Assembly (NCBI GenBank): GCA_964402035.1
Contig: CAYOAM010000003.1
Span: 86,480 to 150,479 of the forward strand
DNA length: 64,000 nt
Reading direction: 5' to 3'
DNA from: an uncultured Candidatus Saccharibacteria bacterium
GTDB taxonomy: Bacteria; Patescibacteriota; Minisyncoccia; Phycocordibacterales; UBA918
Part shown: piece after piece, positions 18,098 to 26,807 of the stretch
How the letters are laid out: each line of letters starts with the position of its first letter
How positions within the stretch are numbered: position 1 is the first letter of the stretch
The notes under the pieces: generated by a model
The model's database searches: none
What the model saw: the letters and a program-made list of their open reading frames with translations, nothing else
Told to the model about the DNA's origin: nothing
Made by a program: the position numbers and the translations under genes

Positions 18098-18130
18098 CCG
18101 CCGCGCAATCACAAGATTGCGCGTTTTTTA
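18091..18130 (+). terminator. Rho-independent terminator
   Basis: GCGCAATC-ACAA-GATTGCGC followed by TTTTTTA. Confidence 0.6.
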
Positions 18131-18194
18131 TTTCTTCTCCTACACATCTGCAACTCTCTGAAAAAACCGTATCGATTGCTATACTAAAGCTGTC

Positions 18195-19706
18195 ATGGAA
18201 CTCCTCTTTGCACAAAAGAAGATTGGAATGATCCTGTTGGGTATTTTTGCTGTTTTCCTCGTGGGATTTTTTGGAAAAACATATCTATTTCCCGCTAAAG
18301 ACATGCGCGAGACGGCCACTGTCACTCGTGGCACAGTATCTCAAATCGTGTCAGTGTCGGGCACAGTGCGGACGCCGAACACCGCGACGCTTGGCTTCCC
18401 CACAACAGGAGTCATCAGCGACATATCAGTCAAAGAAGGCGACTTGGTTAAAAAAGGACAAGTACTTGCGACACTAAAGCAGTCAGGACCACTTGCTGAA
18501 TACAACGATGCATTAGCAGGACTCACGAGCGCAGAAGCTACCCGCGACGAAATGGTTGCAGGACCCCGCCAAGAAGCACGCACACTCACCGACGCTGCTA
18601 TCAATAACGCAGAAGCAGAGCTTGCACGTGTCACAAAAAAACAAGATGAAATCATCGAAAATGCATTGCATACGCTGTACTCTTCGGATCTTGCCGCAAA
18701 ACCAGTACAGGGCACAAACAATGACGACGTCCCACTGGTGACCGGCACCTATACGTGCACTAAAGCACAAACATATCGGTTTGTAGTCTATCCATCCAAT
18801 GCCTATTCGGGGTATTCATACAAAGTATTGGAAGGTGACGCCCTCATAACCGAAAATGCCGTAGCGGAAACCGCACAGCCGTTTGGAAGTTGCGGACTCT
18901 TTATACAATTTGTCATGGGCGCTCGCTATAACCGTGGCGAATGGCAGATCTCCATACCAAATACTGAAGGCGCGAGTTACACCGCAAATCAGAACGCCTA
19001 CACACTGGCACAAAAAGAGAGAGAAAATGTTATCGCGCGGGCAAAAGACGACCTGGACCTCGCACGCAAGGAAGCGACACTCGACAATGCTGCACCTCGC
19101 GCAGAAGCACTCTCCCGCGCGAGCGCTGACATAGCGAAGGCCCAAGCAAAACTCAAGGCAGCCGAAGCAAGAATTGCTGACTTTACCATACGTGCACCAT
19201 TCGACGGTATCGTAAGCGCAGTCGACATAGTGCCGGGTGAAATCAACAATGCAAGCAAAGGGATCATCATGACTGCAAACGACACCTACGAATTAAAAAT
19301 CCGCATACCAGAGATTGAAATTACGCACATCAAGGTTGGTAATACCGCAGTCGCTTCATTTGACGCAAAAGCTGAAGAGCTCATACCGGCAACTATTTCT
19401 TTCATTTCCCCGCTCCCCACACTCATAGATGGCGTTTCATACTTTGAAGCTTTTCTCACCATCAACACCATACCGCCCTGGATGCGAACAGGACTCAATG
19501 CTGATGTTGACATCACCACAGCAGCAACTCCCAACACCCTCATGCTGCCAAAACGATTTATCAAAACAGACGGAAATGTGCACGCTGTACTTATAATCGA
19601 AAATGGAAAGGAGGTTGAAAAAAATATTGAACTAGGTATTGCTGGGAATGACGGCTTTGTTGAGGTGCAAGGCGTCCCAGAAGGAACAGTGGTAATCGCA
19701 CCCTAA
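18195..19706 (+). CDS. HlyD-family periplasmic adaptor / membrane fusion protein
   Basis: 503 aa with N-terminal TM helix, biotinyl-lipoyl-like and long coiled-coil segments, and a C-terminal beta-barrel region typical of MacA/DevB-type MFPs. Confidence 0.8.
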   Translation: MELLFAQKKIGMILLGIFAVFLVGFFGKTYLFPAKDMRETATVTRGTVSQIVSVSGTVRTPNTATLGFPTTGVISDISVKEGDLVKKGQVLATLKQSGPLAEYNDALAGLTSAEATRDEMVAGPRQEARTLTDAAINNAEAELARVTKKQDEIIENALHTLYSSDLAAKPVQGTNNDDVPLVTGTYTCTKAQTYRFVVYPSNAYSGYSYKVLEGDALITENAVAETAQPFGSCGLFIQFVMGARYNRGEWQISIPNTEGASYTANQNAYTLAQKERENVIARAKDDLDLARKEATLDNAAPRAEALSRASADIAKAQAKLKAAEARIADFTIRAPFDGIVSAVDIVPGEINNASKGIIMTANDTYELKIRIPEIEITHIKVGNTAVASFDAKAEELIPATISFISPLPTLIDGVSYFEAFLTINTIPPWMRTGLNADVDITTAATPNTLMLPKRFIKTDGNVHAVLIIENGKEVEKNIELGIAGNDGFVEVQGVPEGTVVIAP

Positions 19707-19708
19707 CT

Positions 19709-20953
19709 ATGCGCAGTCTTCGTATCGGCCTCCTGTTGGGAATTCGCCAAATACAACGTGCAAACAAATGGGCTACGCTCTTAATTGTGTTTGTGTTGAT
19801 GCTTACCTTTCTTAACCTTGTTGCGGTCTCCGGCATCCTCGTTGGCCTCATTGAAGGGGCGGTGCGCGCAGTCAAAGAACAATCACTCGGTGACATAGTG
19901 ATTTCTCCATTGGCAGCAGAGGATCGCATCTTGGAAACTGAGCGCATTGTGCGCGAACTTGAGACATTTGGAGAAATCGAATCGTTTACCCCTCGATACA
20001 AAGATGGTGCAACTATCGAAGCAAATTACAAAGAACGGCGCGACTTGCGAGCCGAACGCGATATTGCAAACGTCAATGTCACCGGTATCGATACGGCACG
20101 CGAAGCACAAGCGACCGACCTTCCAGGCAACTTGATTGAAGGAGAATACCTTGCGCCCGATGATCAGGGCCAGATCTTGATCGGTAAATATTATATTGAT
20201 CGGTACGCAGAACAGTTTACCGATATCTTTGACTCCCTCGAAAATATCTACCCTGGCGATACCGTGCGCGTGACCGCTGGCAACACGAGCAAAGAATTTA
20301 TCGTCAAAGGCATCATCGATTCAAAAGTCGATGAAGTATCACTCAATACCTATATACCGGAACGTGAATTCAGGCGACTCTTTGCTCGCGACGACCACAA
20401 CGCGGACCAAATCGCGGTTTTTCTAAAGACGGGATCCGATGCTGAAAAGATGCGCACGACCCTACTTTCTGGAGGTCTTGGATCGCTCGCAAAAATTGAG
20501 ACATTTGAAGAAGCGCAGCCAAAATTTATCACCGATATCAAAAACACATTCGACGTCTTGGGAACCTTCATCGGCTCGATCGGCATCGTCGTCGCGTCGA
20601 TCACTATTTTCATCATTATTTTTATCAATGCCCTTTCCCGCAGACGTCAGATTGGTATCTTAAAAGCGGTGGGAATCGAACGTACGGTGATCGAGATCGC
20701 CTATGTCACTCAAGCGGCGTTTTACGCATTGACCGGATCAACATTGGGTATGCTCCTCACTTTTTTAGTGCTCGTCCCCTACTTTGATCGAAACCCAATC
20801 AGTTTTCCATTTTCAGACGGCATACTACTCGTGGAGTTTGGCGGCGCCATGATCCGCTTTGGTGTACTCTTTTTTGTGACACTGCTTGCAGGTTTTATTC
20901 CCGCATGGTTAATAGTCCGACAGAACACCTTAAACGCCATTTTGGGACGATAA
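19709..20953 (+). CDS. ABC transporter permease, FtsX/MacB-like
   Basis: 414 aa: N-terminal TM helix, large extracytoplasmic domain, three C-terminal TM helices (FtsX fold). 2-nt gap from the MFP gene. Confidence 0.8.
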   Translation: MRSLRIGLLLGIRQIQRANKWATLLIVFVLMLTFLNLVAVSGILVGLIEGAVRAVKEQSLGDIVISPLAAEDRILETERIVRELETFGEIESFTPRYKDGATIEANYKERRDLRAERDIANVNVTGIDTAREAQATDLPGNLIEGEYLAPDDQGQILIGKYYIDRYAEQFTDIFDSLENIYPGDTVRVTAGNTSKEFIVKGIIDSKVDEVSLNTYIPEREFRRLFARDDHNADQIAVFLKTGSDAEKMRTTLLSGGLGSLAKIETFEEAQPKFITDIKNTFDVLGTFIGSIGIVVASITIFIIIFINALSRRRQIGILKAVGIERTVIEIAYVTQAAFYALTGSTLGMLLTFLVLVPYFDRNPISFPFSDGILLVEFGGAMIRFGVLFFVTLLAGFIPAWLIVRQNTLNAILGR

Positions 20954-21113
20954 ACATGCAAAAGTATCTCATCTACTTCGTTGGGCGCTGCGGTACTCCT
21001 TCACCATATACATATAAGGCTCGGTTCATTCCTCGCACCCGCCTCGTATCTGAAACACTTTTGCACGTTTATACTATACTTTGTACATTCGATATTTTGG
21101 AAAATTTCTGACT

Positions 21114-21788
21114 ATGATCACCGCAAAAAACATCACAAGGACATTCACGACTGGTACTATTGAGACCAAGGTCTTAAAAGGTATTGATGTATCGATCGAG
21201 ACCGGAGAATTTGTCGCTATTATGGGAAAGTCTGGCGCGGGCAAATCGACTCTGCTCTATCAACTTTCTCTCCTCGACGAACCCACATCGGGCACGATAT
21301 CGATCGACAACATTGATGTCCTTGCACTTTCTGAAAGTGAAAAGACGACGTTCAGGCTGCACACCCTTGGTTTTATTTTTCAAGACTATGCTCTTCTTCC
21401 TGATCTTTCTGCGCGCGAAAATGTGATGGTGCCACTCTTGATGCGCGGTCTCTCGTGGAGTGAAGCACAAACAATGGCTGAAAAAGCACTCACGAGCGTT
21501 GGTCTCGGGCACCGGTATGACAATCTTCCAAACCAGCTTTCGGGCGGCGAGCAACAACGCGCATCGATAGCCCGCGCTGTTGCAGGGAAACCAAAAATCC
21601 TGTTTGCCGATGAACCGACAGCAAACCTCGATACGATTTCAGGCAACCAAGTCATAGACCTCTTGGGCGCACTTCACAAAGAAGGTCAAACGATCGTGAT
21701 GGTGACCCACGAACTAGAGTACACAAAACACTGCAACCGCATAATCAGCATGGAAGATGGGTTGGTCGTGAGTGACACAAGACAGTAG
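21114..21788 (+). CDS. ABC transporter ATP-binding protein (MacB/LolD type)
   Basis: Walker A GKSGAGKST, signature LSGGEQQRASIARA, Walker B LFADEPTANLD. Confidence 0.9.
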   Translation: MITAKNITRTFTTGTIETKVLKGIDVSIETGEFVAIMGKSGAGKSTLLYQLSLLDEPTSGTISIDNIDVLALSESEKTTFRLHTLGFIFQDYALLPDLSARENVMVPLLMRGLSWSEAQTMAEKALTSVGLGHRYDNLPNQLSGGEQQRASIARAVAGKPKILFADEPTANLDTISGNQVIDLLGALHKEGQTIVMVTHELEYTKHCNRIISMEDGLVVSDTRQ

Positions 21789-21851
21789 CGAAACAATTGC
21801 AAAATACAATCTCACCTGCTACTCTGCTCGCAGAAACAACAGGAGTAACCG

Positions 21852-22166
21852 ATGCAGAAAATAGCAGGCAGCTATCCCAGATTGACGCTGTCTCTCATGG
21901 TTGCGTTCTGGCCATTAACATGGGTACTAGCAGCATGTACCCGCAAGCAAACTGAACACACCACAAATGCTGAAATTGTCTTGGTGCTGATCGGTCTTGG
22001 ACTGCTGGTGACCAGCATCATTGGATTCGGAGGATCACTTTTCTTCGAACCATCAGACAGACTCTATACGATAGGGCTCGCGGCACTTGAATGGTATGCG
22101 ATCTACTGTACCGTGCTCTTTTTATGCGCACTTGACCGCGACAGTACAAACCGCCGAGCACCCTAG
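21852..22166 (+). CDS. Small hypothetical membrane protein
   Basis: 104 aa with three hydrophobic helices and a good AGGAG SD. Confidence 0.4.
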   Translation: MQKIAGSYPRLTLSLMVAFWPLTWVLAACTRKQTEHTTNAEIVLVLIGLGLLVTSIIGFGGSLFFEPSDRLYTIGLAALEWYAIYCTVLFLCALDRDSTNRRAP

Positions 22167-22190
22167 GGTGCTCGGCGGTTTTTTCTTTTT
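22151..22190. terminator. Strong bidirectional terminator
   Basis: CCGCCGAGCACCC-TA-GGGTGCTCGGCGG followed by TTTTTTCTTTTTT, between convergent genes. Confidence 0.7.
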
Positions 22191-22199
22191 TAAAGTTGA

Positions 22200-24272
22200 T
22201 TAAATTGATTCGTGGAGGGTGGTTGCCAGTTCTTTGCTAGGATCCGCAAGATTCATCGGATCTTTTTCTCGCACCTTGATGCCATGTTCACGCAAAAGGT
22301 CTTCATACTCTTTCCGTTCAAGAGTTTCAACCTTGAGGAGTCGCTGCGCAATCGCATCAAATGCCGTACGGTTAGTGGTCAATATGTTTCGTGCTTTTTC
22401 ATACGCCTCATCGATCATACGCTTTACCTCCGCATCAATAGACTCAGAAACTTTTTCAGAAAATTCTTGACCATCAACACCAGAACCAAATAGTGCACGG
22501 CCGCCAGCTCCCTCAAGTGCCATCGGACCGATCTTGTCGCTCATGCCGTACTTTGTGACCATGTCACGCGCAAGTGCGGTCAATACCTGGAGGTCATTTG
22601 AAGGACCTGTCGTCACGTCGTCAAAGATAATTTTTTCGGCTGCATACCCACCAAGAGATACCGCAATGTCATCAAGGAACTCTTTGCGAGACTGCATGCG
22701 GCGGTCTTCAAACGGTAGCTTGAGCGTATACCCCGCAGCGCGTCCACGAGAAACAATAGAGATTTTGTGCACAGGATCAGCAAACGGCAACATCGAAGAG
22801 ATGAGTGCGTGCCCAGCCTCATGGTACGCCGTGACTTCACGCTCTTTCTTTGAGAGGAGGTGTGATCTGCGCTCAGGACCAAGCATCACTTTTTCGATTG
22901 AACGGATCAAATCAAATTGCGATACTTTCTTGCGGTTTTCACGCGCAGCAAGGATTGCTCCCTCATTCATGAGCGAATAGAGATCAGCTCCTGAAAAACC
23001 TGGCGTGCGCTCCGCGATAACATTGAGATCCACATCTTCGGCAAACGGTTTCTTGCGGCTATGAATTTTCAAAATTTCCAATCGATCATTGCGATCGGGA
23101 TTATCAATGACTACACGTCGGTCAAAACGTCCTGGACGAAGCAGTGCAGGATCAAGAACATCCGGTCTGTTTGTTGCCGCAAGAACGATCACCTTTTCAT
23201 TGGGTTCAAAACCATCCATCTCAACCAAGATCTGGTTTAGGGTCTGCTCGCGCTCGTCGTTGCCACCACCCACACCTGTACCACGCACCCGTCCCACTGC
23301 ATCTATTTCATCAACAAAGATGATCGCAGGTGCTGCTTTTTTCGCCATGCGAAACAGATCACGCACACGAGACGCTCCCACCCCCACAAACATCTCGACA
23401 AACTCTGATCCTGAAATTGAGAAAAACGGCACACCAGCTTCGCCCGCGACCGCGCGCGCAAGGAGTGTCTTTCCGGTACCTGGAGCTCCCATGAGCAGCA
23501 CACCCTTCGGTATCTGCGCGCCAATATCGAGAAATTTCTTTGGATTTTTTAGAAAGTCGACAATCTCTTTGAGTTCTTCTTTTGCCTCCTTTGCACCCGC
23601 CACATCTTTGAAGGTCACTTTTTGACTCTGGTCATTGGGGTCTATAATACGCGCCTTCGACATACCAAAATTGAGCGCCTGTACACCAGCGCCTTTCACC
23701 TGACGCAAAAAGAACCATGCGAGGAAACCAAGCAAGATCAATGGGAAAAGAAACGGAGCAAGTGTTAAAAGCCAATATCGTGCTCCCGTTTGATCCTTGA
23801 CTTCAATCGTCACAGTCGCCAACTGTTCACCCGTCACACCATAGTTGCTCATCGTCTCAGTGAGCGCCGCATCAGACTCTTTCTTTGATTCTCCAACCGT
23901 CTTTCCTTCTTCTTTATAGGCAATCTCCAGCGCATTGCCACGAACCGTAATAGTCTTTACCTCCCCCTTCTTCACTTGTTCAGCGAGCACTGAAAGTGCC
24001 ACTTCGTCTTTCTTTTCGGTACTACTCGCAATAAACGAGTATGCCGTCGAGAGGAGGAGCAAGATCACAATCGTCGTCAAAAGGTTATTCCAAAACTGCC
24101 CGGGTCCAAGCGGGATATTGTGGTGAAAACCACCACCTTCTGGTTTTCGTGCTGGAGGGACATCCGGAATCTCCTGCTTTAGGAGCGCAGCCTCTTCATT
24201 GTGAGCAGAATGTGGCTCATTCCCTTGTTTTTTTTCCCGCTCAACATCCTTACTAAATGTGTAATATGGCAT
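22200..24272 (-). CDS. ftsH: ATP-dependent zinc metalloprotease FtsH
   Basis: AAA+ Walker [22 protein letters not shown] motif, HEAGHAL zinc site, two N-terminal TM helices. Start set at internal Met (MPYYTF...); the ORF extends to 24332. Confidence 0.9.
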   Translation of the reverse strand: MPYYTFSKDVEREKKQGNEPHSAHNEEAALLKQEIPDVPPARKPEGGGFHHNIPLGPGQFWNNLLTTIVILLLLSTAYSFIASSTEKKDEVALSVLAEQVKKGEVKTITVRGNALEIAYKEEGKTVGESKKESDAALTETMSNYGVTGEQLATVTIEVKDQTGARYWLLTLAPFLFPLILLGFLAWFFLRQVKGAGVQALNFGMSKARIIDPNDQSQKVTFKDVAGAKEAKEELKEIVDFLKNPKKFLDIGAQIPKGVLLMGAPGTGKTLLARAVAGEAGVPFFSISGSEFVEMFVGVGASRVRDLFRMAKKAAPAIIFVDEIDAVGRVRGTGVGGGNDEREQTLNQILVEMDGFEPNEKVIVLAATNRPDVLDPALLRPGRFDRRVVIDNPDRNDRLEILKIHSRKKPFAEDVDLNVIAERTPGFSGADLYSLMNEGAILAARENRKKVSQFDLIRSIEKVMLGPERRSHLLSKKEREVTAYHEAGHALISSMLPFADPVHKISIVSRGRAAGYTLKLPFEDRRMQSRKEFLDDIAVSLGGYAAEKIIFDDVTTGPSNDLQVLTALARDMVTKYGMSDKIGPMALEGAGGRALFGSGVDGQEFSEKVSESIDAEVKRMIDEAYEKARNILTTNRTAFDAIAQRLLKVETLERKEYEDLLREHGIKVREKDPMNLADPSKELATTLHESI

Positions 24273-24404
24273 AGTGGGGTCATTATACAGAAAATGAACA
24301 TAAATGCGAGCAAAATCAATAGTGACAAACACCGTCCAAGGTTTCCAAGGTCCAGCCTTGGAATCCGCCTATGACCCTTTGCACAAAAATGAGGTATAGT
24401 TTTA

Positions 24405-24866
24405 GTGTCTATGAACAAACCGATCTACCACAGCCGCGCACGGTACGACTATGAAATCCTTGAGACTTTTGAGGCTGGGATGGTGCTGTCTGGCCAGGAA
24501 GTGAAGTCTGTTCGCACGGGCAAAATAAAGCTTGAGGGGGGCTTTGTCATCGTGCGTGGCGGCGAGGCATTTTTGGTCGGTGTGTCTATCCATCCCTATC
24601 AGCCGGGCAATACGCCAAAAGAGTATGAACCCGACCACGCACGAAAGCTCCTTTTGACCAAAAAACAGCTAGAAACCTTATCTGCGCAGGGTGAAAAGAA
24701 AGGATTGACAATAGTGCCACTTATGGTGTATAATAAAGGGCGGAATTTGAAGATCCAGGTAGGTGTTGCGCGCGGCAAAAAGGAGTATGACAAGCGCGAA
24801 AGGACCAAGGAGCGCGAGACTGACCGTACGATCGAACGCACCATCAAACGCAGTATCGGGAGGTAG
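24405..24866 (+). CDS. smpB: SsrA-binding protein SmpB
   Basis: 153 aa with KKQLETL, GLTIVPLMVYNKGRNLKIQVGVARGKKEYDKRE and a basic C-terminal tail. Confidence 0.9.
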   Translation: MSMNKPIYHSRARYDYEILETFEAGMVLSGQEVKSVRTGKIKLEGGFVIVRGGEAFLVGVSIHPYQPGNTPKEYEPDHARKLLLTKKQLETLSAQGEKKGLTIVPLMVYNKGRNLKIQVGVARGKKEYDKRERTKERETDRTIERTIKRSIGR

Positions 24867-24988
24867 AAAGCTTCCCCACTCCACAACGTCTATACTAGTA
24901 TTGCGTTCTTTGAAAACTCAAAAGCAAAAACTCTACTGACTTAGAGTCAGTCGTTCCGCTTGAGCATGTTTACGAAAGTATGCTTCAG

Positions 24989-25391
24989 GGGGATGATCGG
25001 CTTAGACGGTTAGTGAGTATGTATGTGTGCAGTGTGAGAGCCTCTCGAATCTCTCTAAAAAATCGAGAAAATTCACGTGCTAAAACTGCTGTGAAATCTC
25101 CATACTTTAGCGGTATGGAGCTCGCCTACGCCTAAGCGTTTACGCTTTTCGCGTCGCGACGCGGACATGTCTGACACCCACTACGGCGTGTTCGTGTCAT
25201 ATTAGTTGGGTTATAAGGTACTACGTCGTTTCAGTGCACCTTGAATCAAAGAAACTCGGCACATAGTGATTTCGCTTACTTCAAACACTATGGACTTAAA
25301 TCTTCTTCGGAGGAATGAAAGTATCCTAGACACCGTAGATGCACATACATCCACTTCCTCGGACGGGGGTTCGACTCCTCCCATCTCCACA
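24989..25391 (+). ncRNA. ssrA: tmRNA (SsrA)
   Basis: 5' GGGGATGATCGGCTTAGACGG and 3' GGACGGGGGTTCGACTCCTCCCATCTCCACA match the tmRNA tRNA-like domain. Acceptor GGGGATG/CATCTCC has a G3:U70 pair and discriminator A. Internal frame GCT AAA ACT GCT GTG ... GAG CTC GCC TAC GCC TAA is tag-like. Directly downstream of smpB. Confidence 0.75.
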
Positions 25392-25402
25392 GATAACGCA
25401 AT

Positions 25403-25423
25403 CCGCCCTTTGGGCGGTTTTTG
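25403..25423 (+). terminator. Terminator after tmRNA
   Basis: CCGCCC-TTT-GGGCGG followed by TTTTTG. Confidence 0.6.
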
Positions 25424-25639
25424 CGTTCTGTGGAGTGGAGAAAGCAAATAGTTTTGCTTTCGTGAGGAGTCGAAAGTCGTAGCTAACTCACTTCCGCCTA
25501 TAAGCGGAAGTGAGTGCGAGACGTGGTCAAGAGCACTTAGTACACATGCGGAGCATGTTACTTAGTGACTCGTGACCGACACCGCCGTCCAAGAATCTTA
25601 GTGCAATCAAACGTAGTATTGATGTGCACTTAGAATTCT

Positions 25640-25700
25640 GGGGATCACTCCTCCCATCTCCACAAAATGAAAACCGCCTTCGGGCGGATTTTCTATTTTG
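25640..25700 (+). repeat. Degenerate duplicate of tmRNA termini plus terminator
   Basis: GGGGAT-CACTCCTCCC-ATCTCCACA: the 5' 6 nt and 3' 19 nt of ssrA are fused, then CCGCC-TTCG-GGCGG and a T-run. Confidence 0.55.
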
Positions 25701-25713
25701 GGAATATGAAAAC

Positions 25714-26427
25714 ATGCTGGGAGTATGTTTGGTGAAGTTGCAAAATAATTGTTTATATGGCATAATAATGCCCGTTTTTGTTCCAACCCAAACATTGAGG
25801 TTTGCCGTGGATATTTCATCTATCTTTAGACATGGGAGCGGCTGTACTCCCATCAACCCCTGTATATCCTGTCAGGGCGTAGCGTTCCTTAGACGTGAAC
25901 TTGGGGAAGCAAAATTCTCTGAATTCGTGAATATATTCTCGTGCGCGACAGAAGAGACTCGACCGCCAGCTGCGCCAGATTTTTCACTTGCAACATCTGT
26001 CCATGCTCTCGGACTTAAAAGGAGAACACTCAATTGTCTTGTGGGCCACGGTGTACGCACGGTCAGTGACATACTTCCTCTGTCAGCGGCGCAATTGCTG
26101 CGTATCCCCGGCATGGGCCAGGTCTCCCTAGAAGATTTGGAGATGCAGCTACAGAGTCGGGGGTTGCGTATCGTTGAATTCTCTATTCCACAAACCTCAT
26201 TGGATACAGAAATCTCGCAGCTGGATTTTGATCAGATGGCACATGGCTCAAGTGTGACACAGTACCTCAATAAATCGGGAGTAATGACCCTTGGAGATCT
26301 GCAAAGAAAGACTAGGGGGGAGCTGCTGCTAATACCTGGTATTGGCCCTGCCGCCATAAAAAAAATAGAACAAAGACTAAGGGAAAGAAACTTAAGTCTA
26401 AGGAAGTTTACGCACCAAAGACCGTAG
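25714..26427 (+). CDS. Protein with two tandem RNA polymerase alpha-subunit C-terminal-domain-like (helix-hairpin-helix) repeats
   Basis: SVHALGLKRRTLNCLVGHGVRTVSDILPLSAAQLLRIPGMGQVSLEDLEMQLQSRGL and VTQYLNKSGVMTLGDLQRKTRGELLLIPGIGPAAIKKIEQRLRERNLSL both resemble the RpoA C-terminal DNA-binding domain. Start uncertain: the ORF opens at 25624, and the first Met after the upstream terminator was chosen. Confidence 0.5.
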   Translation: MLGVCLVKLQNNCLYGIIMPVFVPTQTLRFAVDISSIFRHGSGCTPINPCISCQGVAFLRRELGEAKFSEFVNIFSCATEETRPPAAPDFSLATSVHALGLKRRTLNCLVGHGVRTVSDILPLSAAQLLRIPGMGQVSLEDLEMQLQSRGLRIVEFSIPQTSLDTEISQLDFDQMAHGSSVTQYLNKSGVMTLGDLQRKTRGELLLIPGIGPAAIKKIEQRLRERNLSLRKFTHQRP

Positions 26428-26621
26428 CGGCTTACCCACAGAGGATATCGGCAAACATTTGCAGTCTCTCCTCCGGCAACAACGCCTTGGTCCAGAAGTA
26501 TAGAACTTCACGCATCACGTGTGTGAAGTGTTTTTATTTTGGATGTAATTTTGTATGTATGTAACAAATTTGCCATTTGCAACGTCATATAGAATGGACA
26601 ACTGATCTTTGAGGGGAAATC

Positions 26622-26741
26622 ATGAAACTTCTTGTAACTTTCTGCGCATTGGTCAGCATTGCAGCGGGATTGCTTGGCCCATTCGCAGTACATACAGGCA
26701 AACTTCCCTTTCTCCACCCCAACACTTTCAACTCTCGATAA
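26622..26741 (+). CDS. Possible 39-aa small ORF / leader peptide
   Basis: MKLLVTFCALVSIAAGLLGPFAVHTGKLPFLHPNTFNSR with GAGGGGA SD. The 3' end overlaps hairpin CCCCAACACT...AGTGTTGGGG followed by ATTTTTT. Confidence 0.25.
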   Translation: MKLLVTFCALVSIAAGLLGPFAVHTGKLPFLHPNTFNSR

Positions 26742-26807
26742 GTGTTGGGGATTTTTTATGTTCACAGAAAAAATGAGCGTCATTTCTTTCTGTGCCATAC
26801 TTAGGGT

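Noticed and set aside
26508-26798. 96-aa minus-strand ORF
   Set aside because: No SD. It overlaps the plus-strand small ORF and hairpin in an intergenic, promoter-like region.
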